The notes: generated by a model not told the origin, from the sequence alone. A DNA stretch of 63,960 nucleotides, filler included, from Choristocarpus tenellus KU-1152 (GCA_964200185.2; 12 parts of 12 records of this genome joined end to end with filler, not necessarily neighbours in it); one strand, 5' to 3'; numbered from the whole stretch's first letter, positions 11,438 to 25,226 are shown. Numbers and translations are program-made.

Positions 11438-12524
11438 GTAAGAGAGAGTGAGCTATGCGCCACAGGCAGAATTTTCTTTTTCCTCTTTTGTATCCTTTTA
11501 TTTTTATCCAGCACTACTATAGCACAGAGGGAGGTTGTCGGCTATATGTGCTGAGTCGGATTCTGTCGGTTCTTCCCGGCTTTGTTTGGTTCACCCTTCA
11601 CGACAACGATTAGTGGGAAATAAGCCGTTCCCTTTGACTGCTGCACCAGGACTCACCCACCCACCCTTGAGACACCCTTGAGACACTCTTCTCCTTCTCC
11701 CCCCTGCACGATATTACGATGTGTATTTTGTTTGGGGGGTATGGGTGTTCTTGTTCTCTTTTCAGGAATCTATGATGCCGATGTTTATGCGTGAGGATGG
11801 AGACTCCAGTGATTGTTGATTGGCTTGCTTAGTGGGGGATGGAGGTGTTCCGGGTAGCCTCAAGATAGAGGTGTTGGATGGCGCAACAGGGAGAAGGGGG
11901 GACTGTGGAGGAGGGCCTGGGGCTGGGATCAGGAAAGGGGCTGTACCGGGTAGAGCAGCTGCTGGACGGTGTAGGTGGTGCATTGGGGCATTCTTGAATT
12001 GAGGCATCTTGTGTCGATTGGATTCACCCGAGGAGGCTGTGATGTTAGGGTTAGGGTGTCTTCGGGTTATAGCTCGTACTCGTGTATATATAGGAGGGTT
12101 TGGAACAAAGGAGGCGAATCGGATGAGAGCAGAGCAGACAGTAGTAGTTGGTGAGGGCCTGCTGATGAGACAGGCGGGGTTCTCCTGTGTGTGATGGGGG
12201 TGGCGCATTCGATGTTCTTGTTCTTGGTGGTGCTGATTCGGAAGTGAGGAATCATTGATTGTCTTTCTTGGGTCTGGCTGTTCAGTGCATGGGGGTTTTT
12301 TCATGCAGGGTTTGCATGTGTGTGGAAGAGATGGGTGCACGCACACCCATGTCTACTGCCAATCAACACCATCTCAGGCGTATTGATCGCTGTGGTAATG
12401 TGGCATGTTGGTGTAGAAAATGCACACCTCAAGAATGGATTCAAGTTTCCATTGCTTCTTTACAAGGCTCTTTTTTTGGTGCAAATTTTTCTTGGCAGTC
12501 AGTACGCTCAAATGTCTACAGTTC

Positions 12525-12600
12525 TTCCCACCCCGATTCGACTCACAGCTTTGATGGAAAGCTTGGTTTTTGGCATGTGTGTTTGCCAAAAACGGCTTTT
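12525..12600 (+). mobile_element. Small Tc1/mariner transposase fragment
   Basis: PDSTHSFDGKLGFWHVCLPKTA matches LDSAHSFDGRLGVWCVCAPKTA of the mariner copy near 54220-54285. Confidence 0.75.
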
Positions 12601-13738
12601 TGTGTGTTTGGAGATACGCTGGATGATTGTGCCTTCTGGACTGTAGGCAAGAGTTCAAGGCAAGGTTCATTTCTGGGGTGTCCTGTCTTCCTCTCCTATA
12701 TCTTTCATGGACAACGGGTGCAGTTGTCTCTACTCAGGAACAGCGCAGGGTTTGGTTGGGCCTTTGGTCCACCCATGCCAAGGCTTGGCGCTCTCAACTT
12801 TCCACAGTAGTCACCTTGCCTCCTTGTTAAGCAACGTGGCCTCTCCTGTGGGTGGTGCCAGTTACCACATGTCAGATTGTTCAATTGGTTGTGGACTGGG
12901 ATACCCTGTGGGTACATGATTAGGGGTTAGTTTTGACATGCGCTGCTGGTTACTGTGGTGGTTTTATTTATCATCCCCACCTCATACAGGTGTATCACGG
13001 CGTAAGAATTGTGTACCATTACAAGGTTTAATTACTGTACAGCCTTGGGCCTCAAGTAATTGACTTCTGTTAAGGAGTTCATAATGTGGTGAGAAGCGGT
13101 TGAAGAGACGATAAAGGTTTCCATACCGTTAGTATCACCAGCTCTTGTTTTTGGTCTATTCTGTACTTGGTTGGAATTACTGTTGTTGAAGCAAGCGCCA
13201 CACTCACTGCAGCAACTAGCTGTCACACAGGTCCGATGCTGCTGCTGCTGCTGCCTTAGCAACAGGCAAATCCCCACTTTGTTCCTCTTCCATGACTTTC
13301 CTTTCCAGTCAGTCCGTACTGTACAGTGGTTGCAGGATGCATGGATGCACCACTTTACGGTCTTTGTGTGCTGCATTATTTTTTGTTCTGTGCTGATGTG
13401 TTACCAGCAGTAGCAGTAGTAGTAGTATTGATGTATTCATTTATCAATTTAATGTTGTAGTGGCAGGGTCTCAAATTTAGTTTGGAGAGATATTTGATAT
13501 TATGATATGCAAAAAAAAAATGCTCTCAAAAATTGGGCGATATGCCAGGTCTATTGGGACCTGGAATTTTTTTTTCATTTTTTCTGATTCGCAGGGGAAA
13601 TATAGTGCATAAGAATATGTGAATGTGGATGGAATGAACTCGTACTTGTTGCCTTCTTTCATCTGGGTGTATTGAAAATTCGCATCAGGTAGCACAGAGA
13701 ATTCAACCAGTCATTCTTTAGTTGAAATGAACACAATT

Positions 13739-13887
13739 GACCCAAAGTATCTGGGGGGGGTGGGGGGTCTACACCAGGGTGTACATTTGGGACAAAACTA
13801 GGAGAAGTGCACTTATATTATCCATCCGATGTGTGAAACCAAATCACCCAAAAATTGCGACATGGAAAAAATGGGCCCCAAATGGAC

Positions 13888-13926
<39 letters not shown>

Positions 13927-13930
13927 ACCC
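13739..13930 (+). mobile_element. MITE family A copy, right end lost in a poly-C tract at the contig edge
   Basis: Starts GACCCAAAGTATCTGGGGG; body matches 48469-48654. Confidence 0.85.
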
Positions 13931-14083
13931 CCCCCCCCCCCACACCACCCAGTCTCCACAAACCACAACCCGAGAGGAGGACCNNNNNNNNNNNNNNNNN
14001 NNNNNNNNNNNNNNNNNNNNNNNNNNNTTAATTAATTAANNNNNNNNNNNNNNNNNNNNNNNNNNNNNNNNNNNNNNNNNNNN

Positions 14084-14156
14084 CAGTGGTGTCTGCATTT
14101 CCTAATCTACTCCACCAGTGGTGTCTATAGTGTACCAGCAGCACTATCTACGAACA
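14084..14156 (-). mobile_element. 5' portion of an LTR of the same family as 15532-15912 and 55924-56286, cut by the contig edge
   Basis: Reverse complement reads TGTTCGTAGATAGTGCTGCTGGTACACTATAGACACCAC. Confidence 0.8.
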
Positions 14157-14745
14157 GATTGATCCCCGGCCCCAGGTAAAAACACCGATCAGCCTTTTGG
14201 AAAGTCTTACAGGTCTTACTGCGACGGCTAAAACCAGGTTTAAGAAATTGGTAGGTTAACAGGGGTGCAGGGGTGCCATACCACATTTCATACAGTCATT
14301 TACAACGAGGGTTGGTCGTGGTTGATGTGTGATTGAGCAAGTCACAGACATAGTGTTGAGGTTCAGCCTAGAGAGGGTCTGTCTTAGGGATAGTGATATG
14401 GGGGAAAAGTAGTGGAGTTTGAAGGCGGGCAGCTAATGAAGTTTCATCAATGATACCCAGCATGTGTCCAGCAACCTCATTTAATTGAGGACTGTCTGCA
14501 AGTGTGAACTCCTGAATCCCCACGTTCAGGACAAAGAGCACCGAAAGCACGCTCATAAAAACTCCCCCCATTATGAGACTGCACAAACATGACCCGAGAG
14601 GGAGTATCGTCAGCCCAGATATCGGCCAAGTACTTGAAGGATTCAGCGGCATCCAACTTAGAATGAAGGAAATACAACCAAACAAATCGAGAATTGTCGT
14701 CTCGGATTATTATGGTGTATCGTTCACCGCCGATTGAAAGGGTTG
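14157..14745 (-). mobile_element. Degenerate Ty1/copia integrase core and downstream SH3-like region
   Basis: With frameshifts and stops: SIGGERYTIIIRDDNSRFVWLYFLHSK...QSHNGGSF...GIQEFTLADSPQLNEVA...LYEMWYG...RCFYLG, i.e. the copia rve motifs. Confidence 0.85.
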
Positions 14746-15531
14746 CCCTCTTCTAATAATACCTTCCAAGGTTAATTATAATTACACAGGACTTACCATG
14801 ACCTACCATTAATGCTATTGTTGTCATGTGGTGAATCGTGCAATTGGATCGATCTAATTCGATTATATCACAGTGTATTCAAAGCCGAAATGGTTCGGAA
14901 AATTTGTGTACATACGTTTTGCAAGCCCAGAAAACTTGGACAGGAAAAGGACCAGATCGTGGAAGACTAAAAATAGACCACGAGTGTGTGTAGATACTCT
15001 GAAGATGGCGAGGGTGGGTCCCTGGACGAGTATGGCGTCGACATCGATCCGCTTGACGGATATGCCTTTCCTCGTGTGGAGCATGAAGGTAAGGAAGTTG
15101 AAAGGCTAGATGAAGCAGAACCTGCCCTGAACGTGCTTGAGCTGACGGCCGACCAAGAGAAAGAGAAATGTGTGGAGGAGTAGCAAATAATGAAGCCCCA
15201 TGGATCAAGGCTGGTATCTGTTGCTTCTTTAGTGTGTACGGGAGGGGGAGAATGCTCAATGTAGCTGATGCTCTCTATGCGTATGAAGAATGGTGACTAC
15301 TGAAGACCTGAGATCAAGCTGGGAGATTTGAAGTTCGTCACCAACACTAGAAATCACCCGCCGAGGTCCAAGCCTGGGCACAGAAAAGCCTTTCATGAGT
15401 TGCAGGGGGTCGGGAACAAGATCGAAAATCCGTGTGAGGTGGTCAGCGACAGGTGGACTCATATTTTTCGGTCAAGGCTCCAAGGCTGGTTCATCACCAT
15501 TAAAGATCGGCCACATAGGGTGAGACGGTCT

Positions 15532-15912
15532 TGTTCGTGGATTGTGCTGGTGATACACTATAGACACCACCAGTGGAGAAGAAAATTAGATGGAGAGCCA
15601 GTGATATATTAAATATGTATTCACTCGCTACTGACTATTGATTTGTGTCATGTTCAAGATACGCTTGCTATAGTGAAGACAAGTAAGTGATTCATAGTAA
15701 ATTAGTGTGGACGATTGCAAACCCCACACTATAGGAATAGTAATAGTAGTCTGCACCTATCTCACCCCACAAAGTTCAGTCAGTGGAATCGAGGCCACAA
15801 GCCCCTTGTAACATTAACATTTTATATTTACACCAACCCATTATTTGTTGTCCTCTACCAAGGCACACGATTGATCATCTTAACCGCGGGTCCATTGTGG
15901 AATATTTCAACA
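15532..15912 (+). mobile_element. Solo LTR with 5-bp TSD GGTCT
   Basis: TGTT...AACA termini; GGTCT at 15527-15531 and 15913-15917; homologous to 55924-56286. Confidence 0.9.
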
Positions 15913-18900
15913 GGTCTTACATACCAGCCTTTTGCATCTTGCTCTACCTACCTTCGCATCGTGGATATAATTTTCGTCGTTGTTCTCCGATCTTTGTGCT
16001 TGTTGCCATCTACATGTGCTATTTTACCACGTCCTCCTTGACATCACAATGGACTATTTATTGCCTTGTTAACCATCCCTCCACCTTAACCTCCCAAAGG
16101 CAGGTCGTGGAAAGTGTCCATTTCTAGGAAATGATACACGCCTTGAACAATACGGTAAGAACAATACGGTAACCATACCCGATCATTGTCGACACCTTGA
16201 TACTCTGAGGAAGGAAGGTCAAGAAAGATCTGTAGATTAAGGTCACTGAGACGATTGCTTTTATCACCTTTCACTCTCTCACCGTGTCCTGCATCCATAA
16301 TGCATTCGAGATTACCTCTCTCTCTCTCGATCTGGACTGCATCAAGCACTCAAGCAGAACGATAGAAGCAGATCTAGCTGAAAACCTGGTAGAAATGTTT
16401 GTAAAGCAAGAAGTTACTGTAAGGGTAAAAGTGTGTGTGAGAGGGTGTGAGTCACCAACGGTGAAGATGGGTCGGTTACTGAAGGAGGATCATCGCATCA
16501 TCACCCATCATTGCACAGGTAACTGTTTGGAGTGTATGGTGGGTATTACCTTCAACAGTGAGGAGGTAAAAGAAGTAATTAAATCAGGTCTTGGGCAGCA
16601 GTTGGTGCATATTCCAAGTACAGTCAGCGCAAGGAGCACTCAGAGAAGATGAGTAAAATACTGAGAATCCAGTCCAACAGGGTGATATAGGACGTACCGA
16701 CTCATTGGTAGTCCACATATTCAATAGTGGAGCACTTCTATACCAAGAACCTGCCATCATTGTTCAAGAGAACATTGATATTAATCCAGAAAACATATCG
16801 ACATTTGAGGTGGGGGCAAGCACTTGGTATGGGAGCGTGACACAGAAATGGAAAGTTCTTGCAGGAGGACTGACCACTACCTACACTTCAATTCATGACA
16901 GGAAATACATGGAGATCGTTATTCAATTTTACTGCACACAACAACAGGGGTAGAGATGGAAAATTCCCCTAACCCAGCCAATGTGAGTACTGCCTAGAGT
17001 GGAACAATCATTGACGAGACGGTTTGCACATTTTTCCGGCAACCTGGCGGTAGAGCACCCACCTGCAAAAAGGTTCTGTCTACCGTCTGTAACCTCACCC
17101 ACATCCGATCGAGGTGGACCACAATGACAGGAGAAATCGAGCAACAAGGATTAAGCATGCCCCTTCTCAACATTCATGGTGATGGTAGACAAGACAGTCG
17201 GAACGAGAATGGTAAGAACTGTAATGCTCAGCTCCTCAGGGGGCAAGACGATCAATAACTTGTGTAGATCTGGAGTGAACGTACAACTTTCTCCCTACCG
17301 AGAAAGCTTGGTTGCCAAAAAGACAACAGAGCGCACCTACCTGTGCTTTGGACAAAATGGCAAATTGGAGGCAACAAAAACTGATTATTTGATTGTACTG
17401 CCTAAAGCCAAGAATTGGCAGTAGTCTAGAAGGGTAGTACTATGTAACGTATTTCAGGTTCCTAAACTTCCCTTGCTCATCTTGAGTACTAGGACTCTGC
17501 AACAAGATGGAGGCAAATATTGGAATCTGGTACAAGGAACACATACCTGAAGACCTCAAGAAATCTCCCCAGATTTTATTAATGTAGTCGTGGAAGTTCT
17601 AAAATCTACAAGGAACACCCAAGACAAGAGGGTCTGAACGCCACGACAGTAGCACACATATTGGTTCACTAAGCATGGATTGATCCTTCCCTGAATACAA
17701 GGATCTTCTAGAATGAGTGCAATATATCTGAGTGGTTTTGTTTTGCCTTTTAAGTAGTCTATATACACTTAAGGTTCCAAGGTAACTTGAGGATAGATAG
17801 CAGCAATAGATACGCTTGCGTATTACAACCTGAGCTATCGAATATTAGGTGGAGCACCTTTGGCGACCGATAATGCTACAGTGGTCATGTTGCTCCGCAG
17901 AAGGGAAAATAAACCTAGCAAGGATAAGATCACGTCATACCTTGGATCGAGTCAATGAGGTCGAAGAGGATTGTAGGTTGTTGGGTGGGCTTTGAGTGAG
18001 GTAGGTTGCTAACAGCAATGCGTACTTGGTCCCCAAGGGACAAATGCACCTCTGTAGGGTATCTGAGATGGATACCCATTGCTGCCAATATTCCTGGTCG
18101 ATAGTGACATGGTGGCTTGATATGGTACCCCTGCTCCTCACACCATCGAGGACACACAATTTTATGTAGAACCAAAATTGAGATGAAAAGAAGCCCATGT
18201 GTGCTCAAACAAATGTAGTCTGGACACCCCACTGTATATATCTATCACCATACAGTTTCAAACACTCTAGTCAATGCTCTTCCCTATCTGAACCTCACTG
18301 TGCGTCAAGTGGAGTAGTGATTGGATAAGGGCTGTGAAATATCTACAAGCAATGTAGTCATTCCCGCTTTTAATATATGTTGAACTAACTCATGGACACA
18401 TAGTGCGAGCTTTATCTCTGTAGTGAACATGTTGAATGTAGCACCACCCTGCTGAGTGTTTGTATACCTCTTGGATATTATTTAGACAGATCATTCACTT
18501 GGGCGTTAAGGCACGAAGCTAAGTGGTTTGTTTGATCAATTGGTCTTACCCCATTCATCATCTGGCTTAGCTCAACTGACTACAGCGAACTCAACGGAAC
18601 CTGCTCTGCATCTACTACACCCACATGAAACGACTATTTGTATTACCTCCAGCCATAGTAAGTAGATAACATTGAAGTGTGTACACTATCTGGCCCAATG
18701 TTCATAAAGTTGTTTCAGAACACGATGCTCCTCTCCAGGACCCCCAACAAAAAAAGAAAAATCTGAAATGAATAGGTTTCTACCTCAATCACGCTCATAG
18801 GGTTTTTCATGGGGGGTTGTTGGGATTATTTCTACCCATATTGAAGTGGATGCTGACATGCGTGTGCATAACTATTTGGCATTATTACAGCATGCTATTG

Positions 18901-19243
18901 AGCAGCATGTAAACTGATTTGTGCCCTTTGTTAATATGTAGTAAGGTCCCTGTGCCCATGTCTACTTTGTTCTGCTCATTGCAGGAAATAGCACTTTTAG
19001 TGGCACATTCACATTCCTTCTATGTGCAGTAAAGTGCCCTCAAATATGATGTGTGGATCTCAAATAGCACACACCATTGCTTGCTGTTTGTTGCCTGCTC
19101 ACTATCTACAAATATAACTACACAGGAGATGATGTTCACACGGTGTGCATGGACAACTACTTCTCTTGTCTTCACAGTACAGTGTTAACGAAGTTGTCAA
19201 ACTTCAATGAGCAGTCCAAAGAGAAAAAATACAGGGGAGGTTG

Positions 19244-19499
19244 GAGTGAAGAAAACGAGAGGTACCCAGTGTTGCATTTTGAGGATGATGACAGATTTGT
19301 GCAATATTCTGCTTTTTTACAAGCAAGTACAGGATATTTTGTGATTGTGTCAGAATTTTTTCAAGCAATAGAGAAAAAAAATCTCAGTTTAAACTTAGAA
19401 CTTCATCCAGACAAGTATGGGTGAAATTAGAAAAGACTGAAAAAGAGACCTAAAATGCAAATTGGCCTAAACATGGGTACCTCTCATTTACTTCGACTC
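19244..19499 (+). mobile_element. MITE family C, about 256 bp
   Basis: Imperfect TIRs GAGTGAAGAAAACGAGAGGTACCCAG / CATGGGTACCTCTCATTTACTTCGACTC; body homologous to the two outer parts of 60136-60618. Confidence 0.75.
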
Positions 19500-20051
19500 T
19501 AGACACACAGGGAGAGGAGATTCACCTCATTGCTATTGAATTTATTTTTACTCAGTGTATTAAAAAAGCTGCAGGGATGGCAACGAAGGTGGAAGCTGAG
19601 ACTATGGCAGTTGTAAAGGCTGTACTCATTTCACTTGGCCTTCCTCCACAGAGTCAAGGCTGCATGCCGTGACCTGACAGCAGGACCTGTTTGAGGATGT
19701 GCGCACTCTTGAACAGAAGGAAGGGAAGCTTGGCTGTGTTCATCGTTCTTGTGACATCTCAGCACCCAAACCAAACACCGGAAATACTCTCAACGTACCT
19801 CATTCTCCGTTGGTCAGACAGGGAAGATACCCTTTTCATATTCCAGAGCAAAACATCCCGCTCTGCACTCTATAGAGATTGTGTGTAAAGCAGATATTCA
19901 AAATATTTTCATCAAGAGTTACAATCGATCAAATTTTCCTACCCTTCCCAAACCAATGCGCTTGAAAGGTGAAGCAATGTAATACAATTGTAAATGTCGA
20001 GAAAACAAAACTCTTCATATTACTGGCGTTTTCTACTACATTATGCATCAC

Positions 20052-23000
20052 TCACTTGGGCCCCACATGTGCCCGCCCCTTCAAGAGGTGACATCGATTG
20101 GCCTCCACAACATGCCTGACCATATCATTTCTCAGGCGTAACCGCTCAGCTGGTGTTTGACCTATTCCAACAATGTGCTCTTTACCACAATCCTGATATC
20201 CATAGCCACAAATCTCCTTAGATACTGCCTTCTCATCCCTACATAAGTCTCCCACTAAAGCACCCCTGCCATATCCCCCCACCCCTCCCAATCCAACTTT
20301 CCCAAACTCCATCCTGGCAACCCGCCTTCCTGTGACAAATATGCGATTTCGATGAGCCTCAGCAACAGCTGATACCCTCCCCATCCACAGTGCACTTGAG
20401 GACTCTGTGCGTGTAATAGGGTCAGTGAAGGCCCACACAGCAAAGTGACGCACAGCCCTGATATATGGTGCAAGTACCGGGCCGGGGTGCTCTACTGACA
20501 CCCTGACTTGAGTGGCATCAGGAAGCACGCAGTCACAACACCTGAAAGTATTGTGACTTTCTTCCCTCCACGCCTGGTACCCTCTCTTGTAGCGAAGGCT
20601 GTAGTCATTGCACTTCTCAGTATTGCTCCCTCCTAAATGATCTCCAACAAACCCAATGTTTTCAGAATACAAATCACAGCCTTGGTTCTCTTTGCGGAGA
20701 GGTGGGCCCATGCCCACAATGGTACGATCTGCAAACACAGCAGATACTCTTCCATCTGTGAAGGCAACAAAGGATGCACCTCCTGCTTGTGCCCTCTCCA
20801 CCACCTCTGCACTGACCGGTAGATATGAATGCAATGATTGAGGGTGCAAGGGCAAACCAGCACTATAACCTGCTGAAGCCAACATTGTTGTGGTACCCGA
20901 CTCTAACCATGGCCTTGAACCGACCCCAAAGTCAATCTTGCCAGGAGTGAGTTCGCAATCTTGTGCACTGCCGTGAAGGTTGAACATACTGCTGTTGTTG
21001 TTATCTTCACTGACGGAGCCTTGCCACAAGTCATTATACTGTCTCCGGAACTCACAAGCATGTGCTGCAATGTCACCAAGGGATATCTCCTTCATGACAC
21101 TTTCACCTCCTACTACCTTCCCTTCACCAAAATCCTTGCCTTTGCTTCCAATATTGCTTTCCTTAAGTCGGCCAGAGGTACTGAGGGTGGGGACCCAGAG
21201 TCGGTAGGTGCTCGCGGCAGACACATGAAGGAGGCGTTCCTCAACATCACTTGTGTGAGTAGGTGCTCTGGCGAGGCCATCAAAGCCGGGGCCATCGCTG
21301 GCACTGACTGAAGTGCCGGGGATCTTATCAGGGATGATAACAGGTCTTGATGAAGGACGCCTGAGACGTATGAAATCACCCGAAAGAAGAATCTCTGAGC
21401 CATCAGCATGCAATGTGACCTGCAATGCCAAGATTGTCCCGAGGAATAAGGTTAAGGTTTTGGGAGAGAGCATACTGGTGCAGGGGCTGGGGGGAGGGTG
21501 GATCTGAGTGCTTACTGAGTCATAGACAAAAATAAGATGTATTATTTTCAAGATACCCAGTGCAAGGCATCTGCATCTTTCCGCATTCGGTCTTGCACAG
21601 TTTGACATAGGAGATAGAAAAACCTGCAGCTCCCCTATGGTATCTCAACATCATTGCCCTCATTCAGGACACCAAACCCAGACCATTATCACAACACGTG
21701 GCGGTTGGGACAGCACTTCATCATTTACAAATCATGCCAACCACTACTTCCATCCCCAATCTGCAGAATGGACTGTCAGGTTTGGGGGGGGGGATGCTCC
21801 TGTTGTAGTGCTAACGGTTTACTTGAACTGCTTCAAAATGATTACATATTGGAGCAATTACCCACATTGTCTCCAATCAATTCAAACATGCACAAGATGG
21901 AGATATGTTCTTTCCAATCCCACAAGACATGGCTGCTCAATCGTGGCAATTTTCTTTTCACTGGTGCTTCTGCTATGGTTCCTGATAGTTGGATGCACAG
22001 TACACAAACAGTGAACAGGATATGAAAACGAACCCACCTGAACCTTCACATGGACCAACTTTTGGCCTTGCTCCTGAATTCCGCCATCACCAACACAACC
22101 TCCCCAATTTTCCTTGGTACCTTTAACAATGGCATATGTACAATCATCAACTTCCTCCACTATAACAGGAAGAGTGCCCAAAAATCCACATCCCAAGCCT
22201 AAGCTGAGGGCTTCAACAGGGAGGAGCTTGCCATGGCTATCTTCTCCCCTCCTCCTTTCTCCACCTCGATCATGTTCATCCTTTAAGGAGGAAAAAGGAT
22301 ATCGTGTTGGGGGATAGGGGAAAGGAGACAGGGATGGAACAGGAATGGAGTCCCACCTGCTCTTACATTGGATACGTTGGGTAGAGGCAAGGCAAAGAGG
22401 GATTGAGCTCTGGGTGCTGATGATTGTGGATGCTAGCTACAAAGAATGGGGGGCTGACAGGGTCTATATCGAGAGTGGCGAAATGCACACAAAGGTTTGT
22501 TTTGGGAGGTATGGAGGAGATGTTTTGGGGTCCTACACCCAGTGCGCATCAATGATTCAGCTATCACGTATTGAGTATGCATGACATCCAACCCTCTTAT
22601 TGTAGGCGTGAATTGATACCAACAGGTGGGGGAGTTGAGAATATAACCATCGCACAGACGTCAACGTACCGTGGGTGTTCTGGCTGTGCCGTCGGCAATG
22701 GAAGACTTGCAGTTACGTGGTTATCTCCTGTGCTTTCGCTACCCCAACCAAATCCATACCGGGCAATATTCAACGCCAGTCCGATCGCATGAGTAAACTC
22801 GGCCGGCGCTGAGGCGACCATATGACGTTGGGTGATCCAAACCCTGGAGTTCTTGCCGATGGCTTTGTCGTTGTGGAACGAGCACGCTGTTGCGAAATCT
22901 ACCTCCACCCATGTCAAAAGGGGTAGTAGCACTATCCTTGCGTTCCCCCCTATGGCCCTGACTTCAATGCTACCGTCACCACGCACTCTACAATGACGCT

Positions 23001-23537
23001 CGTGTGGGCGAGCAGGCCACACTGCGAACCTCGAGATCCTTCCCTTCTGCCCTACGGGAATGGGTGCTTCTTCTCCAGCAGAGGCAGCGGGTGGAAAGTT
23101 GATTCTTGAGCACACATATGGCTGTAGACTGAAAAGGTTCCTGAACTTGACCACGGCGGATACCTTGGGGAGGACTTGGTGAACGCAGAACTGAGTGAGT
23201 TGGTGCCTAGTCCTGCCGTCCTGCCGTACCACCGAAGTGGGTTACACGAACCAACGGAAAGGTGACAGTTAATTACAGCTCAAACATATTGATGTGGAGC
23301 AAGAGGAAGGGGTTGTGCAAAAAGATCAAGTGTAAAGAGGGACAGGAGTTGCTACAGGGATGGGGATGGTTGAGCGAGATGCACCTTGTCAATATGTGTG
23401 AAACATCCCCCAAAAGGCTCTAAAATCACAGCCTCAACCACACAGGGTCGGTAAATTCCGCTCTGGGAAAAACATCCAATAGCTTGACCACCCTCGAATA
23501 GGAGCAGGCGATGTGGTACGGTTCCATCATTTGCCAT
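20052..23537 (-). CDS. C5orf34-like protein (DUF4524 N-terminal plus DUF4520 C-terminal), apparently complete; exons 23537-23385, 23220-22670, 22356-22038, 21419-20052 (about 796 aa)
   Basis: All four exons have GT-AG boundaries and splice in phase (0, 2, 0). From memory of the human protein, motifs are collinear with C5orf34: RHQLTQFC..V.KFRN..P; VWP...DGSIEV.AIGG.A; VWITQ..VASAP.EF.HAIGLAL; SFVAFTDGRVSAVFAD; C.LPDA.QV.VSVEHP..APYI. Confidence 0.78.
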
Positions 23538-23599
23538 TCCCCTTCAAGGTCTCAATTCAATTTTTGAAAATCACACCATCACACATTTCTACAAAACTG

Positions 23600-24300
23600 G
23601 TTCGCGACACACCTCCGGTGGCACATATCAGGTCGAGAGTGGGGCTTACCAAGTTCGACAGACACCTTCAATAGCACATCTCGGTTGAGAGTCCTAGTGA
23701 GGATTTTCCCCTTTATCGAATTAGAGCACATCTCCTATGGGACCTCTCTGGTCGAGATTTTAATCTGGGGTCCTCTTGTTGATTCAGTTAGTTGTGTTGG
23801 CCGCTGCAGGTCCGATCTCTATGGATTCCTTGCCTCTGGAATTTCTCTTGGCTATCTGAGATTTGCATCTCGAGTGATTCTCATTAGTTGGGCCGTGTTG
23901 ACAACTCTTCAACCTCAAGCGTCAGGCTTAAGCTCGATCTTCTCTGTTCCATTCCTGTTTGGGTTTATTTGCGCATGCCTTGCTTACCCTTTCCATTCTA
24001 AGTCATATATCTTTCCTGTGAAATATTCTATCTCATCGCTTCATGATTTGAACAACAATGTACACAAATTGATACTCTCCCCTTCCACACACAAGGTGAT
24101 ACCACAATCCAGAAAAGCCTTCTCTGCAATTGTACAGAATAGTATCTTTTTGCTATTTCTCAGGATCCTTAAAATGCAACCTTGCCTGCCTCTCAATTAA
24201 TTTGGCTCTCGTGCAGGTGTGTGCACTGTCTTGTTGAGGTTGCCCTGACCGTTCATCTTGGCTGATCTCCAATTTTGTTCATCATCCTCCTGTTCTCCTC
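23600..24300 (-). mobile_element. Highly degenerate Ty3/gypsy pol remnant (RT N-terminal region)
   Basis: Interrupted frames contain IELKPDA...VNTAQ and EMQISDSQEKFQRQGI, resembling the gypsy IEL.PG..P...Y...ML..GII segment; many stops. Confidence 0.4.
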
Positions 24301-25168
24301 ACCGTTGTCCTTGCTAAAATGACCTGGCGACCGCCGTCGCCGCCCACATTCAGTCAGATGTCTGAGTCATTGATTTTGCTCCCTTAGTATGACAGGACTT
24401 TGGTTGTATGGACCAGGATTCTTGAGGTGAGACAGGGTGCGGAACAATGTCAAAGAAGAAGAATTTAAAGTCACAAAGTATCACAGTCATACCTGGTGAT
24501 TCTCTGATAAGTATGCTGGAGGGCAGATTGCAGGAGTCCAAGGACTCAGACCCGCCATCCAACATGGACCTGGGTGCCAGTCCCACTCTCGTCAAGGGGT
24601 ATCTCAAGAGTCCAATAGTGCCAGTTCAGGGAATGCTGAGACGTAGAGGAGCTCATCTGCATAGTCCTCGCTATTGTTGTCAAATTCTTTGTCGTCCGGT
24701 GCATCCTCCATGAGTCAGGTTGACGATCAGGAGATACAGCATTTACGTTGGACATGTCCGTCTGTGATCAGGGAGTTTCAGGTCAGTGAGTTTGTGATGT
24801 CACACAACCTGCCGTTGTGGACGTGATGAAAACCCTCCGATAACTTCACGGACAGTGAACTCCATAGGTCGTGGATAGTGTTGACATTTCATCCCCTTTT
24901 TCTACTGTCCCACCCTCCATACCATCAAATATGTCCGACTCTCCCTTCTTGAATGCAGAGGATCTGAAGTGCAACAGTCTAGCAGATCTGAATTTCTGTG
25001 TTGTTGAGGGAGGTACACTCAAACCCAATGCCTACTTTGCTAGTACCCTTGAGGATATCCGCCTATTGTGGTGATGTTTTGGTGCGCAACAAAAATAATG
25101 CGATTTTCCCCCGTCAGCGAGTGCTGTGCTTGAAGAAACCTTAGTCAAGTTGTGTTTTAGGTCCCTCC

Positions 25169-25226
25169 GGCTCAAAGTATCTGGGAGGGGGTGGCGGCTG
25201 TCCATTTGGGGTCAATTTTTTCATGT
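25169..25226 (-). mobile_element. MITE family A right end, cut by the contig edge
   Basis: GGCTCAAAGTATCTGGGAGGGGGTGGCGGCTGTCCATTTGGGGTC is the reverse complement of the family A right end. Confidence 0.85.

Noticed and set aside
11762-12346. 194-aa Pro/His-rich minus-strand ORF
   Set aside because: Low-complexity antisense of G/T-rich sequence, with no motif or splice support
13737-14039. Recurrent short ORFs such as TQSIWGG...PNHPKI and poly-Pro/poly-Gly peptides at several loci
   Set aside because: Chance translations of non-coding MITE family A and its homopolymer tracts
14850-18250. Possible transposase or DIRS/tyrosine-recombinase remnants around the solo LTR
   Set aside because: Probably TE debris, but no diagnostic motif could be read with enough confidence to assign
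21420-21608. Hydrophobic N-terminus of the 518-aa ORF suggesting a membrane protein
   Set aside because: Lies upstream of the CAG acceptor at 21422-21420; it is intron read-through of the C5orf34-like gene
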